Origin: Desulfosoma sp.
GTDB lineage: Bacteria > Desulfobacterota > Syntrophobacteria > Syntrophobacterales > DSM-9756
Assembly (NCBI GenBank): GCA_037481835.1
Contig: JBBFKW010000003.1
Span: 189,247-253,246, forward strand
DNA length: 64,000 nt
Direction: 5' to 3'
Positions 19,149-28,902 of this stretch are shown piece by piece. The position numbers and the translations under genes were made by a program. Every line of letters starts with the position of its first letter. Positions within the stretch are counted from its first letter, which is position 1. The notes below the pieces were generated by a model. It was not told the DNA's origin. It did not search any database and worked only from the letters and a program-made list of their open reading frames with translations.

Positions 19149-20981
19149 TTGAACGATCGCCTTTGCCGTTTTCTTGCCGGCGTGGCCTTATCCCTTGCTT
19201 TCCTCGGCGTGCCGTCGACGCCCTTGGCGCAGACGGCCGCTCCCCCCGCGGTGCGATTCATCCGCTTTGTCGGCCTGAAGTCATTCGATGCCGGCCGTTT
19301 GGAAAAAATCATGGAAACCCAAGCGAAACGGTTTCGCTGGGGACGAAGCGCCCCGTTGGACGAAGCGGTCTTGCGCCAGGATCTGGAAAGGATCGAAAAG
19401 TTTTATAAAAGCCAGGGATTCTATGACGCCCGCGTTCTTTCCCACCGGTTGATCCCGCTGGGCGGTCGTGAAGTGATTGTGGAAATTACGCTGGACGAAG
19501 GCCGCCCCGTCCTCGTGGACCGAGTGGATCTCATGGTGGATGGGGCTGAGACCGGCCCGTGGCACGACGACCTTCTGGCCGTGATTCCCCTCAAGGAGGG
19601 GAGGCGGTTTACCACGCCGGATTTTGACGACACGGAAAAGGCGGTCCGGCGATTCTTGAGCCTGTGGGGCTATCCCCGGGCGGACGTGTGGACCGGCGGG
19701 ATCATGGACAAGGACGCGAAAAAGGCGCACATTCAGGTCCAGGTCACCCTGGGACCCATGTGCACCTTCGGGCCGGTTCGCGTGGAAGGCAATCGCCGGG
19801 TGGATAAAAGCCTCATCCTGAGGGAACTCACCTTCCGCCCGGGGGATCGTTACCGGGCCAAGGCTCTGACCGATTCCCAAAAGCGCCTCATGGACCTCAA
19901 GCTCTTCACCTTCGTGGACATCCAGCCCCTGTTGGAAGAATCTTCCGAGACGGCCGTGCCCGTCTCCGTGGTCGTCAAGGAGGCCAAGAGCCAGACCGTG
20001 CGGCTGGGGGCGGGCTACGGCACGGAAGACCAGGTGCGCGGCCGGATCGGTTATGAATACCGAAACTTTCTAGGGGAAGGGCGCACCTTGGAGCTGGATG
20101 CCAAGGCGAGCTCTCTGGTTCGCTTTTTTGAAGGTCGGCTCGCCCAGCCCCATTTTCTCCTGGACCCGTTGCGGCTTACCGTTTCCGGCGGTGTCTCCCG
20201 GGAGATGCAGGAGAGTTACGAAAACGAACAGTACTATCTGCGGCCTATGGTGGCGTGGCAATTCACGGAGCACTGGCTGTTGAACGCCGGGCCCAACGTG
20301 GAAGCCAACCGCCTTGTGGACGTGGGTCTGTCTCCCAAGGCCATCCGGCCGAGCGACCAAAAAGGGGAGGAATATTACATTTCGTCCCTGGTCTTCGGAG
20401 CGACCTATCAGCGGGTGGATAACCTCTTGGACCCTCGCAAGGGGGTGCAATTCTTCCACCGGCTGGAATGGGGCGGAACGGCCACGGGATCCGAAGTCGC
20501 CTTCGTCAAGCTCGGCCTGGAAGGGCGTTCTTACCTCCCCGTGGATCCCTTGGGCGTCTTGGCTTTTCGGGCCAAGTGGGGGAGCATCGCCGAACTGGAA
20601 GACACCACCCGGATCCCCATTTTCAAAAGATACTTCAGTGGCGGCAGCACCAGCGTTCGGGGATACCCCTACCAGAAGCTGGGGCCTTTGGATGACGAAG
20701 GAAACCCCATGGGGGGGCTGACCCTTCTGGAACTGAGCAGCGAATGGCGTTTTCCCCTGAAGAGCTCCTGGGAAGGGGTGCTCTTTTTCGACACCGGCAA
20801 CGTCTTCGAAAGCCGCTACGAATTGCTCTGGGACCAACTGCGCTCCACCGTCGGCGCAGGGCTCCGCTACAAGACCCCCGTGGGGCCCCTGCGCCTGGAT
20901 GTGGGCTATCAGCTCAACCCACCCGATCAGGACTTCTTCAATCGCTACCAGATCCACCTCAGTATCGGCCAAGCTTTCTGA
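19149..20981 (+). CDS. tamA: Omp85-family outer membrane protein (TamA-like)
   Basis: Signal peptide, POTRA-like repeats, GGSTSVRGY, GLRYKTPVGPLRLD, C-terminal IGQAF. Confidence 0.85.
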   Translation: MNDRLCRFLAGVALSLAFLGVPSTPLAQTAAPPAVRFIRFVGLKSFDAGRLEKIMETQAKRFRWGRSAPLDEAVLRQDLERIEKFYKSQGFYDARVLSHRLIPLGGREVIVEITLDEGRPVLVDRVDLMVDGAETGPWHDDLLAVIPLKEGRRFTTPDFDDTEKAVRRFLSLWGYPRADVWTGGIMDKDAKKAHIQVQVTLGPMCTFGPVRVEGNRRVDKSLILRELTFRPGDRYRAKALTDSQKRLMDLKLFTFVDIQPLLEESSETAVPVSVVVKEAKSQTVRLGAGYGTEDQVRGRIGYEYRNFLGEGRTLELDAKASSLVRFFEGRLAQPHFLLDPLRLTVSGGVSREMQESYENEQYYLRPMVAWQFTEHWLLNAGPNVEANRLVDVGLSPKAIRPSDQKGEEYYISSLVFGATYQRVDNLLDPRKGVQFFHRLEWGGTATGSEVAFVKLGLEGRSYLPVDPLGVLAFRAKWGSIAELEDTTRIPIFKRYFSGGSTSVRGYPYQKLGPLDDEGNPMGGLTLLELSSEWRFPLKSSWEGVLFFDTGNVFESRYELLWDQLRSTVGAGLRYKTPVGPLRLDVGYQLNPPDQDFFNRYQIHLSIGQAF

Positions 20982-21013
20982 AATCTTGAGGCACGTCCTT
21001 CCATCCAAGGGAT

Positions 21014-22036
21014 TCAAGGGATGAGGACGCCGGTGCCCTCGATGCGGTCGTTTTTGAGGTCCAAAAGGGCCTCGTTGGCGGCTTCCAGGGGATAGAGGCG
21101 CACGGTGGGGCGCACAGGCACGGCGGCAGCCGTCTCCAGAAGTTCCAGCGCGTCTTGACGGGTGTTGGCCGTCACGCTGTGCACGTTCTTTTCGTAGAAC
21201 AGGTGTTTTTCGTAGTCCATGGCCGGAATGGCGCTCATGTAGATTCCGGCGAGGGCCAGGGTGCCGCCCTTTTCCAAGTGTTCCAAAGCGGCGGGGACAA
21301 GAGGCCCGGCGGGAGCGAACACGATGGCGTGATGGACTTTCACGGGAAGATCGGCTGGGGAGGAACCGGCCCATACGGCGCCCAGTTCCAGGGCGAGCTT
21401 TTGATGGCGGGCGGTGCGCGAGACGGCATAGACGTCATAGCCCCAAAAGCGGGCGATCTGGATGACGATATGGGCGGAAGAGCCGAAACCGTAAAGGGCA
21501 AGAGTGCGCCGATGCGCTGTCGCTTCAGCCGATAAGGGGCCGCACAGGGCTCTCTTGAGGCTGCGATAGCCGATGATTCCGGCGCACAGAAGTGGGGTGG
21601 CTTCGGCGTCGGAAAGGGTCTCCGGGATGGGATAGGCGAAGTCCTCACGGACGACGGCGTGGGTGGCGTAGCCTCCGGGAGCGTGGTAGCCGGTAAAGAG
21701 CGCCTTTTCGCAGAGATTTTCACGCCCTTCCCGACAATGCTCACACGTGCCGCACGTGTGCCGAAGCCAGGCGATCCCGACGCGGTCTCCTTCCCGGAAC
21801 CGGGTCGTTCCTGGCCCTTTCTTGTCCACGCGTCCCACGATCTGGTGGCCGGGAATGACGGCCCGGCCCAAGGGGGGCAGTTCTCCTTCCACCACATGGA
21901 GGTCGGTGCGGCACACACCGCAGGCCCCGACCCGCACGCGGATTTCCCCGGAAGCGGGCTCGGGATCGGGAAGTTCTTCGAACCGGAGCGGTCTTTGTTC
22001 CACTGGCGCGCATCGGTCGAGCACCATGGCTTTCAT
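21014..22036 (-). CDS. Zinc-dependent alcohol dehydrogenase family protein
   Basis: CGVCRTDLH, PGHQIVG, CGTCEHC..C, LLCAG, GFGSSAH; GGAGG RBS. Confidence 0.93.
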   Translation of the reverse strand: MKAMVLDRCAPVEQRPLRFEELPDPEPASGEIRVRVGACGVCRTDLHVVEGELPPLGRAVIPGHQIVGRVDKKGPGTTRFREGDRVGIAWLRHTCGTCEHCREGRENLCEKALFTGYHAPGGYATHAVVREDFAYPIPETLSDAEATPLLCAGIIGYRSLKRALCGPLSAEATAHRRTLALYGFGSSAHIVIQIARFWGYDVYAVSRTARHQKLALELGAVWAGSSPADLPVKVHHAIVFAPAGPLVPAALEHLEKGGTLALAGIYMSAIPAMDYEKHLFYEKNVHSVTANTRQDALELLETAAAVPVRPTVRLYPLEAANEALLDLKNDRIEGTGVLIP

Positions 22037-22079
22037 GGCGAATCCTCCCTGGCACAAAGTCACGAAAGGTGAACATGAG

Positions 22080-22108
22080 TTGATTTGACGGGCCGAGTGG
22101 TTGATAAT
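22080..22108 (+). promoter_or_regulatory. Putative sigma70 promoter for tamB
   Basis: TTGATT-17 nt-GATAAT. Confidence 0.45.
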
Positions 22109-22160
22109 CGCTTCATGGCGAAAAACGAGACGACGCAACCCATCGGGGGATGATCGAACC

Positions 22161-25100
22161 GTGGGATCCTTGAAAGGTCAAGAGAAAACGCCACCCGTGC
22201 GGAAGAAAAAGAACGATGCAGCGGGTTCGGGAATTTTCCCCGGCATCGTCAAAGGGGTTGCGGCTCTCGGCGCCGTCGGGATCGCCGTGCCTCTTCTTCT
22301 GGTCCTGCTCATCCATACCCCGTGGGCTCAAAAGCGACTTATGCAGGCCGCGGCGGCGCGCATCGAGGAGGAAACGGGAATCCGCGTGGGAATGAGCGGA
22401 TTTCGGTGGCATCCTTTCCGAAGCCTCCGCGTGGACGACCCGTCCGCGGAAGCGGGCGGCCGCCCCCTGTTTTCCGCGGCTTCGCTCCGCCTGGACTACA
22501 CCCTCACTTGGAGTCGGCCGTACGTGGACATCCGCGAAGTGGTGCTCACCGAGCCCGTCTTGCGCCTCCAAAAGGGAGCTGACGGGTCGTGGCGTCTTCC
22601 CATACCCGCGGAAAACGGCCGGCACAAGGATGCCGACGGCGCTCCGTTATGGGGGAAGCTCCCTCCTGTGAGTTTCACCGTCGTTTCCGGGCGCATCCAG
22701 GGCTTCGAAGGCGAGCGCTGTGTCATGGATGTGGCCGAAATGAACGGCCGTGTGAGCCTTCGGGGCCGACTGGACGACGGCCGTTCGAGTGTGGAGATTT
22801 CTCTCGACCCCTGGCGGATGGAAATTCAGGTGCCGGTTCGGGATACAGTGCGCTTGAGCGCACAGGCTTTTTACGGGGACGGGACGCTCCGCCTGGAAAA
22901 TGTTACCGCCACCGTCAACGAAACGTCACATCTCACGGCATCCGGAACGTGGTATGACCTTCCGAAAGGGGCTCTGTCGATCCAGCTTCGCGCGGAACCA
23001 TGGCGTTTTTCCATGAAAGGAGGCGGCGACGAAGGAAGCCCGATCGAGGCGGAAACTCTCCAAGGGACGATTCAGGTGGAAGGTACCCTGAAAGAGCTTC
23101 GGTGCCGCTACGATCTCCAAAGTTCCAGAGGGCATCTTTCGGGAACCGGCGCGTGGGCGAAAGCCGAAGACGCGTTACGGTTAAGCGCCGACATTTCGCT
23201 GCACTCGGTTCTCCTTCCCTGGGGGGTTAAGGGCCCGACGACGGTTTCGGGAACGGCCCGATTGACGGCGGAATGGCAAAAGAACGCCGAACCCAAGCTG
23301 AGCCTTTCGGCTGCGATGAAGGAGTGCACCAGCGGATCGCTCGCCCTGCGGGACGTCACGGTGGAGGCGACCTACGACGATGGGGTGTGCGCCGTGCGGA
23401 AAGCTTCAGCCCGCGTGGGGGATTCGGGAATTGTGGAAACATCGGGGACCGCCGTCTTGAAAAAGAAGAAGGGGTCCGGGGAGACGGCCGGGCTGACGCT
23501 GGATTTGACCGTTGAAGCCGATCGGCTGCCTTTGACGGTTTTCCAGGACTTTTGGCCCCAGCGGCCCATGGCGGGTGTGCTTTCGGGGAGAGGCACCGTG
23601 CAGGGATCCTGGCCTTATTTGACTTGGACAGGCCGTCTCGCAGGGACGGATGTGGCCCTTTCTCCCTTTCGGGCGAAGAAGATCGCGGTGGACGGCGTTT
23701 CCAGCCTCGCAGGACTTCGCGGATCCCGAAAGGTGGCCGTGGAAGTGCTTTCTTTCGCCTATGGCGATCGCTTCGGCGAAGCCTTGTCCGTCACCTTCCG
23801 GCAGGATCCCGCGGGGGATTCGGTTTCCTTCGAAGCGGAAGGACGGCGCTTTTTCGGGCTTGACCGCATGATCGTGAAAGGGACCGTGACCTCGCTTTTC
23901 GATTTTCCCAAGATCCTTCGGGTGGACAAGGCGGACGTTGGGGCGGCGGGAGAAACCTTTCAAGTTCAAGGGGAAATCCGCTATCGCCAAGACGCTGTGG
24001 AACTGCGCTCCCTTCGCGTAAGCCACGGGAACGAACAGGCCGTCGTTCAAGGAACCATCGGCAAACCCGCCCCCATGGATCTTTCCGTGCAACTGAGCGC
24101 GGTGGATGTGGGGCGCTGGCTTTCCAAGTTCTCTTCGGGGGGGATCCTCAAACCCCAACCGATCCCTGAGGCCCTTGGGAAAACGGGACAGGGGCAGGGA
24201 GAGCCGCAGACGACGCTCGCCGGTGTGCAGGGGTTTTTTTCCAAAGGCCGCTTCGGCCGCCTTGACGGGCGTCTGCGACTTCAAGGATCGTGGGACAGTC
24301 CCATAGCCGCCTTTGACGGCGCCGCCTCGGAAATGGAGCTTTCGAATCTCGGCCGTGCCGTCTTGACCTTCTCGGGGCGCTACGAAAAGGGGACGCTCAC
24401 AGGCCGTGGCGAACTTTCCGGGCCGATGCTGGAAAGCCCGGTCATCCTGGAAGGGACGTGGCCCGCTCGGCTGCAGTTCCTCCCCTTCACCATGGCCCTT
24501 GCCGAAACCGGGGAAGGGCGGCTGCGCACGACGGGTCGCGATGTGCCTCTTGAGCGTTTTCAGGCCGTGATCCCCTTGGAAAACCTCAAAGGCCGGGCGT
24601 CCTGGGATGTGCGCCTCCTGGGTCCCTTGGCGGCCCTTCGGCTGGAGGGCTCCGGGGCCGTGACCCGGGCCGCCTTCCGATGGCCCCACTGGGGGGAACC
24701 CTTTGAAGACATGGACATCCGCTGGCGCGCCGAAGGATCCTCAATCTTGATCGAAGACGCGACCTTTAGGCTGCTCGGCAGCCGTGCCCGGGCGTGGGGC
24801 GAAATCCGCCTGCCCCACGGACGTTTTGACGGCTACACGGTGTACGTGGCGGGGGAGGGCGTGCACTTTCCGGAAATTTTCGGGATCGAAGGCGAAGGGG
24901 CCGCCCGTGGAACGATTTCCCAAGCGGGCTGGGCTTTCGCACCGGACATCGCGGGAGACGTGATCCTGACCAAGGCCTCCATCAACTTGGGCGAACTGGA
25001 AAAGGACGTGGCCCGCCAAATCCGGGTGGTGGAAGAAACCGGCCGGGGATCCGTGGTCCTCCTGGGGGCTCGGGGCTCTCAGCGCAAAAAACCCGAGGGG

Positions 25101-25829
25101 TTCCAGAACGTGGCCATGAAGCTCAACATCCAACTGCCTCCCAAAGGCGCCTGGGTGCGCGGGTTCGGGTTGGAAGCGGAAGTCCAAGGGGCGGCGACCC
25201 TTGAAAAAGCCCGGGGCGGCCCCATCCAGCTCCTCGGCACCCTTTCCACGTCCAAAGGCGAGTACGCATTCCAGGGCGTGAGGCTCAAAGTCGTGGAGGG
25301 GGAAATCACTTTCCGAGGCCATAGTCCGCCGGATCCCTTTCTTTCCCTCACGTGCCAAAAGGAGGTGCGGGACGTGAGCGTCACCGCCGCCCTGTCGGGA
25401 CCTTTAAGCCGCCCCGCGCTCGTCTTTTCCAGTTCCCCCGAAATGGATCAGGTGGATATCGTATCGGTGCTGCTCTACGGCCGCCCGGCGCGAGAGCTGA
25501 GCATGAGCCAGTCCCGGGATCTCCAGGATCGAGGGGTCCAGTTCGTGTGGGCGGGGACGACCCCGGTGGTCAAAAGCCTCTTGGGCAAGACGCCCTTTTC
25601 ACCCGATGCCGTGGATATCAAGGGCACGGAAAACGGCAGCGTGGTGGAAATCGGCAAATATCTTACCCCGGAACTCTACGTGACCTATCAGAAGGGCCTG
25701 GAAGGGGAGGACAAGGATGAGCTTCGGGCGGAGTACCGCGTGAACCGCTACCTTTCCGTGGAAAGCCAGGTGGGCCGTGAAGATCGCGCGGGGGTGGACG
25801 TGTTTTTCCGCTATGACTTCGGGGATTGA
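22161..25829 (+). CDS. tamB: Translocation and assembly module TamB (DUF490); start uncertain
   Basis: N-terminal TM anchor, long beta-rich body, C-terminal GKYLTPELYVTY..VDVFFRYDF. Confidence 0.85.
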   Translation: MGSLKGQEKTPPVRKKKNDAAGSGIFPGIVKGVAALGAVGIAVPLLLVLLIHTPWAQKRLMQAAAARIEEETGIRVGMSGFRWHPFRSLRVDDPSAEAGGRPLFSAASLRLDYTLTWSRPYVDIREVVLTEPVLRLQKGADGSWRLPIPAENGRHKDADGAPLWGKLPPVSFTVVSGRIQGFEGERCVMDVAEMNGRVSLRGRLDDGRSSVEISLDPWRMEIQVPVRDTVRLSAQAFYGDGTLRLENVTATVNETSHLTASGTWYDLPKGALSIQLRAEPWRFSMKGGGDEGSPIEAETLQGTIQVEGTLKELRCRYDLQSSRGHLSGTGAWAKAEDALRLSADISLHSVLLPWGVKGPTTVSGTARLTAEWQKNAEPKLSLSAAMKECTSGSLALRDVTVEATYDDGVCAVRKASARVGDSGIVETSGTAVLKKKKGSGETAGLTLDLTVEADRLPLTVFQDFWPQRPMAGVLSGRGTVQGSWPYLTWTGRLAGTDVALSPFRAKKIAVDGVSSLAGLRGSRKVAVEVLSFAYGDRFGEALSVTFRQDPAGDSVSFEAEGRRFFGLDRMIVKGTVTSLFDFPKILRVDKADVGAAGETFQVQGEIRYRQDAVELRSLRVSHGNEQAVVQGTIGKPAPMDLSVQLSAVDVGRWLSKFSSGGILKPQPIPEALGKTGQGQGEPQTTLAGVQGFFSKGRFGRLDGRLRLQGSWDSPIAAFDGAASEMELSNLGRAVLTFSGRYEKGTLTGRGELSGPMLESPVILEGTWPARLQFLPFTMALAETGEGRLRTTGRDVPLERFQAVIPLENLKGRASWDVRLLGPLAALRLEGSGAVTRAAFRWPHWGEPFEDMDIRWRAEGSSILIEDATFRLLGSRARAWGEIRLPHGRFDGYTVYVAGEGVHFPEIFGIEGEGAARGTISQAGWAFAPDIAGDVILTKASINLGELEKDVARQIRVVEETGRGSVVLLGARGSQRKKPEGFQNVAMKLNIQLPPKGAWVRGFGLEAEVQGAATLEKARGGPIQLLGTLSTSKGEYAFQGVRLKVVEGEITFRGHSPPDPFLSLTCQKEVRDVSVTAALSGPLSRPALVFSSSPEMDQVDIVSVLLYGRPARELSMSQSRDLQDRGVQFVWAGTTPVVKSLLGKTPFSPDAVDIKGTENGSVVEIGKYLTPELYVTYQKGLEGEDKDELRAEYRVNRYLSVESQVGREDRAGVDVFFRYDFGD

Positions 25830-25846
25830 AGACAAGGAGTTGGGCC

Positions 25847-26047
25847 ATGAAAATGCAGGAAATCCGAGCCAAAGCCAAAGCGCTGGGCATCAACTCTTTC
25901 GGCAAGAAAAAAGCCGACCTCATTCGAGAAATTCAAAGGGCCGAAGGCAACTTCGACTGCTTCGGCACGGCCGTGGGATACTGCGACCAGCTGGAGTGCT
26001 GCTTTCGGGATCTGTGCCTCGCCGAGTCGCAAAAGGCGTCTCATTGA
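25847..26047 (+). CDS. Small SAP/Rho-N-like protein with Cys-rich C-terminus
   Basis: AAGGAG RBS; MKMQEIRAKAKALGI..KKADLIREIQRAEGNFDCF..CDQLECCFRDLC. Confidence 0.8.
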   Translation: MKMQEIRAKAKALGINSFGKKKADLIREIQRAEGNFDCFGTAVGYCDQLECCFRDLCLAESQKASH

Positions 26048-26115
26048 CCGGCTTTCTTCGATGAGCTCCAGTGAGCCGAAGAGGCGCGGCAAAGGATGAA
26101 AACCCATGAGGCCCG

Positions 26116-26499
26116 ATGGAAAGGATGACGATGGAACTGCAGCCTGACGAGAGGAAAATCGAACTTCTGAAAGTCCAAAACCAAAAGAAGCCCGAACAAG
26201 TCATCTCCGTCGTGAGGGATCCCCACGCCGACGGCTTTCACACGGAAGGGCTCAAACGCCTCTTCGGCCTCAAGGAGATCTGGATCGACACCCGAAACCT
26301 TTCCGAATCCGTCCTGGAATACGCCCAGGTGCTCTCCTTCATCATGGAAACCATCTCGGAGGCCCAGGACCTGGGCTTGCCCTTCGGCTACCAGGACGAA
26401 TTCACCTTCCACGGGCTTCGCTATTCCCTCAAAGACAAGGGCGACTACCGTGTGCTTCGCCGCGTCCCCGAATTCGGCCAAGCCGCTTATGATGAATGA
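26116..26499 (+). CDS. Hypothetical protein
   Basis: 127-aa ORF with protein-like composition filling the gap before the convergent trxB. Confidence 0.7.
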   Translation: MERMTMELQPDERKIELLKVQNQKKPEQVISVVRDPHADGFHTEGLKRLFGLKEIWIDTRNLSESVLEYAQVLSFIMETISEAQDLGLPFGYQDEFTFHGLRYSLKDKGDYRVLRRVPEFGQAAYDE

Positions 26500-26504
26500 A
26501 GCCT

Positions 26505-28106
26505 TCAGCCTCGGGTCCAGTAGGGGTGCGAGAGGTCCTCGAAGATGGTCATGGCGGCTCCGGCACCGGCCCCGACGGCCGTGACGATTTGCTTGTAGCC
26601 GCCTTCCACGTCGCCGGCACAGTAGATACCCGGCACCGTGGTGCGATGGAAGCCGTCGTGGCGGATGTAACCTTCGGGAGTCAGTGCAGCGCCTACGGCC
26701 TGCGCCAACCGGGTTTCGGGGACATAGCCCACGGCGATGAAGACGGCGTCGGTGGGGACGTCAAAGGTTTCGCCCGTCCTGGTATTGAAAAGCTCCACGT
26801 GGGTGACTTTCTTGTCCCCGTGGATTTCCTTCACCTGGGTGTTCCAGAGCACAGGAATGCCCGCATCGGTCAGGGCTTTGACCAGGTGCTCCTGGGCGCG
26901 CAGATGGTCGCGCCGGTGGACCAGGGTTGTGCGGACACCGATATGGTGCAGATGGAGCGCTTCCGTAACGGCGCTGTTGCCGCCTCCAATGACCAGGGCG
27001 CTCTTTCCCTTGTACAAGGGACCGTCGCACGTGCTGCAAAAGCTCACGCCGCGCCCCGCAAGGCGGCTTTCCCCCGGAACATCGAGCCTACGGTAGGTCG
27101 CTCCCGTGGCCAAAAGGACGGCCCGCGTCTGGAAAGTTCGGCGGTTGGTCTTCACTTCCATGGCGGGGGAAAGGGCGATTTCCATGACTTCTTCGTTGGG
27201 GAAGATGTGGACGTATTCCATGGCATGGGCGACCATGATGTCGACCAGCGTCTTTCCCGCAATGCGGGCGAACCCGGGGTAGTTTTCCACGACGGGCGTC
27301 GTCGCCACTTGGCCTCCTAGGGTTCCCCGTTCGACGACGGCGGCGCGAAGCCCGCTTCGGACGGCGTAAATGCCGGCCGTAAGTCCCGCCGGGCCGCCTC
27401 CAACGATGACAACGTCCGTTTCAACCCGCTCGGCGTCACTTTCCGGGATGAAAATCGCCTGGGGTTCCATTTTTTCCAAGGACGCCATAAAGAGTTCTTC
27501 GGGCTGCGCGCCCTGGGCGATGAGGGTGTCGTCCACAAAGGTTTGAGGTACACTGAAAGCGGAATATTTTTCGGCGAGATCCGGGTTGAACTGGATATCC
27601 ACAATCTGAACGGAAACCCGATCCGGCCGTTCCACGGCGGCCTTGACGGCGTTGACGGCCTGTTGCGGGCAATAGGGGCAAGTGGCGCTCACAAAGACCC
27701 GGATGTTTCTCGGCTCGGCAAGCCGCCCGAGGATTTTTCGCGATTGGGCGCTCAGGGCGCTGTCCCGGGTGCCGAGAAGGAGGAGCGTTTCCACGAAGGT
27801 GCGCCCTTCTTCCCCCAAAGGCAGCCCCAGATAACGGATGCGGTACCGTTCGGGATCGAAAACCAGCGCCGGCGCTCGGTCGATCCCCCAAGCCGCGGAC
27901 CGCGGATCCAATAAATCTATCTCTTCGTAAGTGATCTTGTCCGAAAGAGGTCGAAACAAATCCACAAAGCCCCGAACGGCCTCAGTGATCGCCTCTGGCC
28001 CGCTCTTGTCGGTCACAACGGTGACAGGAACGGGGTAGGGGAGCTTCTTGAAAAGCTGCTTTAAGTGCTTTTCCACATCCTTGGGCAACGCTGCCTGCCG
28101 GGCCAT
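26505..28106 (-). CDS. AhpF-like thioredoxin-disulfide reductase with N-terminal thioredoxin folds
   Basis: N-domain with CPYC; IVGGGPAGLTA, FCSTCDG, IGGGNSA, AGDV..QI..AVG.G. Confidence 0.9.
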   Translation of the reverse strand: MARQAALPKDVEKHLKQLFKKLPYPVPVTVVTDKSGPEAITEAVRGFVDLFRPLSDKITYEEIDLLDPRSAAWGIDRAPALVFDPERYRIRYLGLPLGEEGRTFVETLLLLGTRDSALSAQSRKILGRLAEPRNIRVFVSATCPYCPQQAVNAVKAAVERPDRVSVQIVDIQFNPDLAEKYSAFSVPQTFVDDTLIAQGAQPEELFMASLEKMEPQAIFIPESDAERVETDVVIVGGGPAGLTAGIYAVRSGLRAAVVERGTLGGQVATTPVVENYPGFARIAGKTLVDIMVAHAMEYVHIFPNEEVMEIALSPAMEVKTNRRTFQTRAVLLATGATYRRLDVPGESRLAGRGVSFCSTCDGPLYKGKSALVIGGGNSAVTEALHLHHIGVRTTLVHRRDHLRAQEHLVKALTDAGIPVLWNTQVKEIHGDKKVTHVELFNTRTGETFDVPTDAVFIAVGYVPETRLAQAVGAALTPEGYIRHDGFHRTTVPGIYCAGDVEGGYKQIVTAVGAGAGAAMTIFEDLSHPYWTRG

Positions 28107-28175
28107 AGATCCCTCCACGGTGAAGCACTTCAGGATTTTTCTCTTTATCAAACAGCCGTCAGAGAACCTTCCCTT

Positions 28176-28811
28176 CTATGGGCCGTTCGATCCCATGGAA
28201 ATCCACGAAAGAATTTTGCGCCACAGGGCATCTACCCCTTCGCGGGTGACGGCGGAAAAGACGAGGATCGCCGCAGGGTCGACGCCGAGGATGCGGGCGG
28301 CCGCGTGGAGTTGGGCCTGGCGTCTTCCGCGGGGGACCTTGTCGGCCTTGGTCAGCACGGGCACCGCCGGAATTCCTGCAGTGTGGAGCCAGTTCCAGAG
28401 CTGCACGTCGTCTGGAGTGGGGGGGTGACGAAGGTCCATGATGTGGACGAGCCCCACCAATTGGGAGCGTGATGTCAGGTATTTCTCCACCATGGGGCCC
28501 CACTGGTCCCGAACCTTTTGAGGAACCTTGGCGTAGCCGTAACCGGGAAGGTCCACGAAAAAGAAGGCGTCGTTAATGCGGAAAAAATTGAGGGTCTGGG
28601 TGCGGCCCGGGGTGGCGCTTGTGCGCACGAGCTTCTTACGGCCGAGAATGGCGTTGATGAGCGAGGATTTTCCCACGTTGGAGCGGCCCGCGAAGGCGAC
28701 TTCGGGAAGATCCTCCCGGGGATAGCCCTCCGGCGCCACGGCCGAAGTGACGAAAACCGCCGAACGGACCGTCACGGGCAAAGGGGACTGGGCGTTGGAT
28801 GGATCCGGCAT
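28176..28811 (-). CDS. engB: GTP-binding protein EngB (YihA/YsxC)
   Basis: GRSNVGKSS, PGRT, DLPGYGY, TKADK. Confidence 0.95.
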   Translation of the reverse strand: MPDPSNAQSPLPVTVRSAVFVTSAVAPEGYPREDLPEVAFAGRSNVGKSSLINAILGRKKLVRTSATPGRTQTLNFFRINDAFFFVDLPGYGYAKVPQKVRDQWGPMVEKYLTSRSQLVGLVHIMDLRHPPTPDDVQLWNWLHTAGIPAVPVLTKADKVPRGRRQAQLHAAARILGVDPAAILVFSAVTREGVDALWRKILSWISMGSNGP

Positions 28812-28902
28812 GGGCACTTTTCCGGGATTTTCAGGCTGCACGCACGGCCGGCCGATTTGCGGGTGTGCGATGCACAACGCCTCGGTGGCGGCATAAGAGC
28901 TT

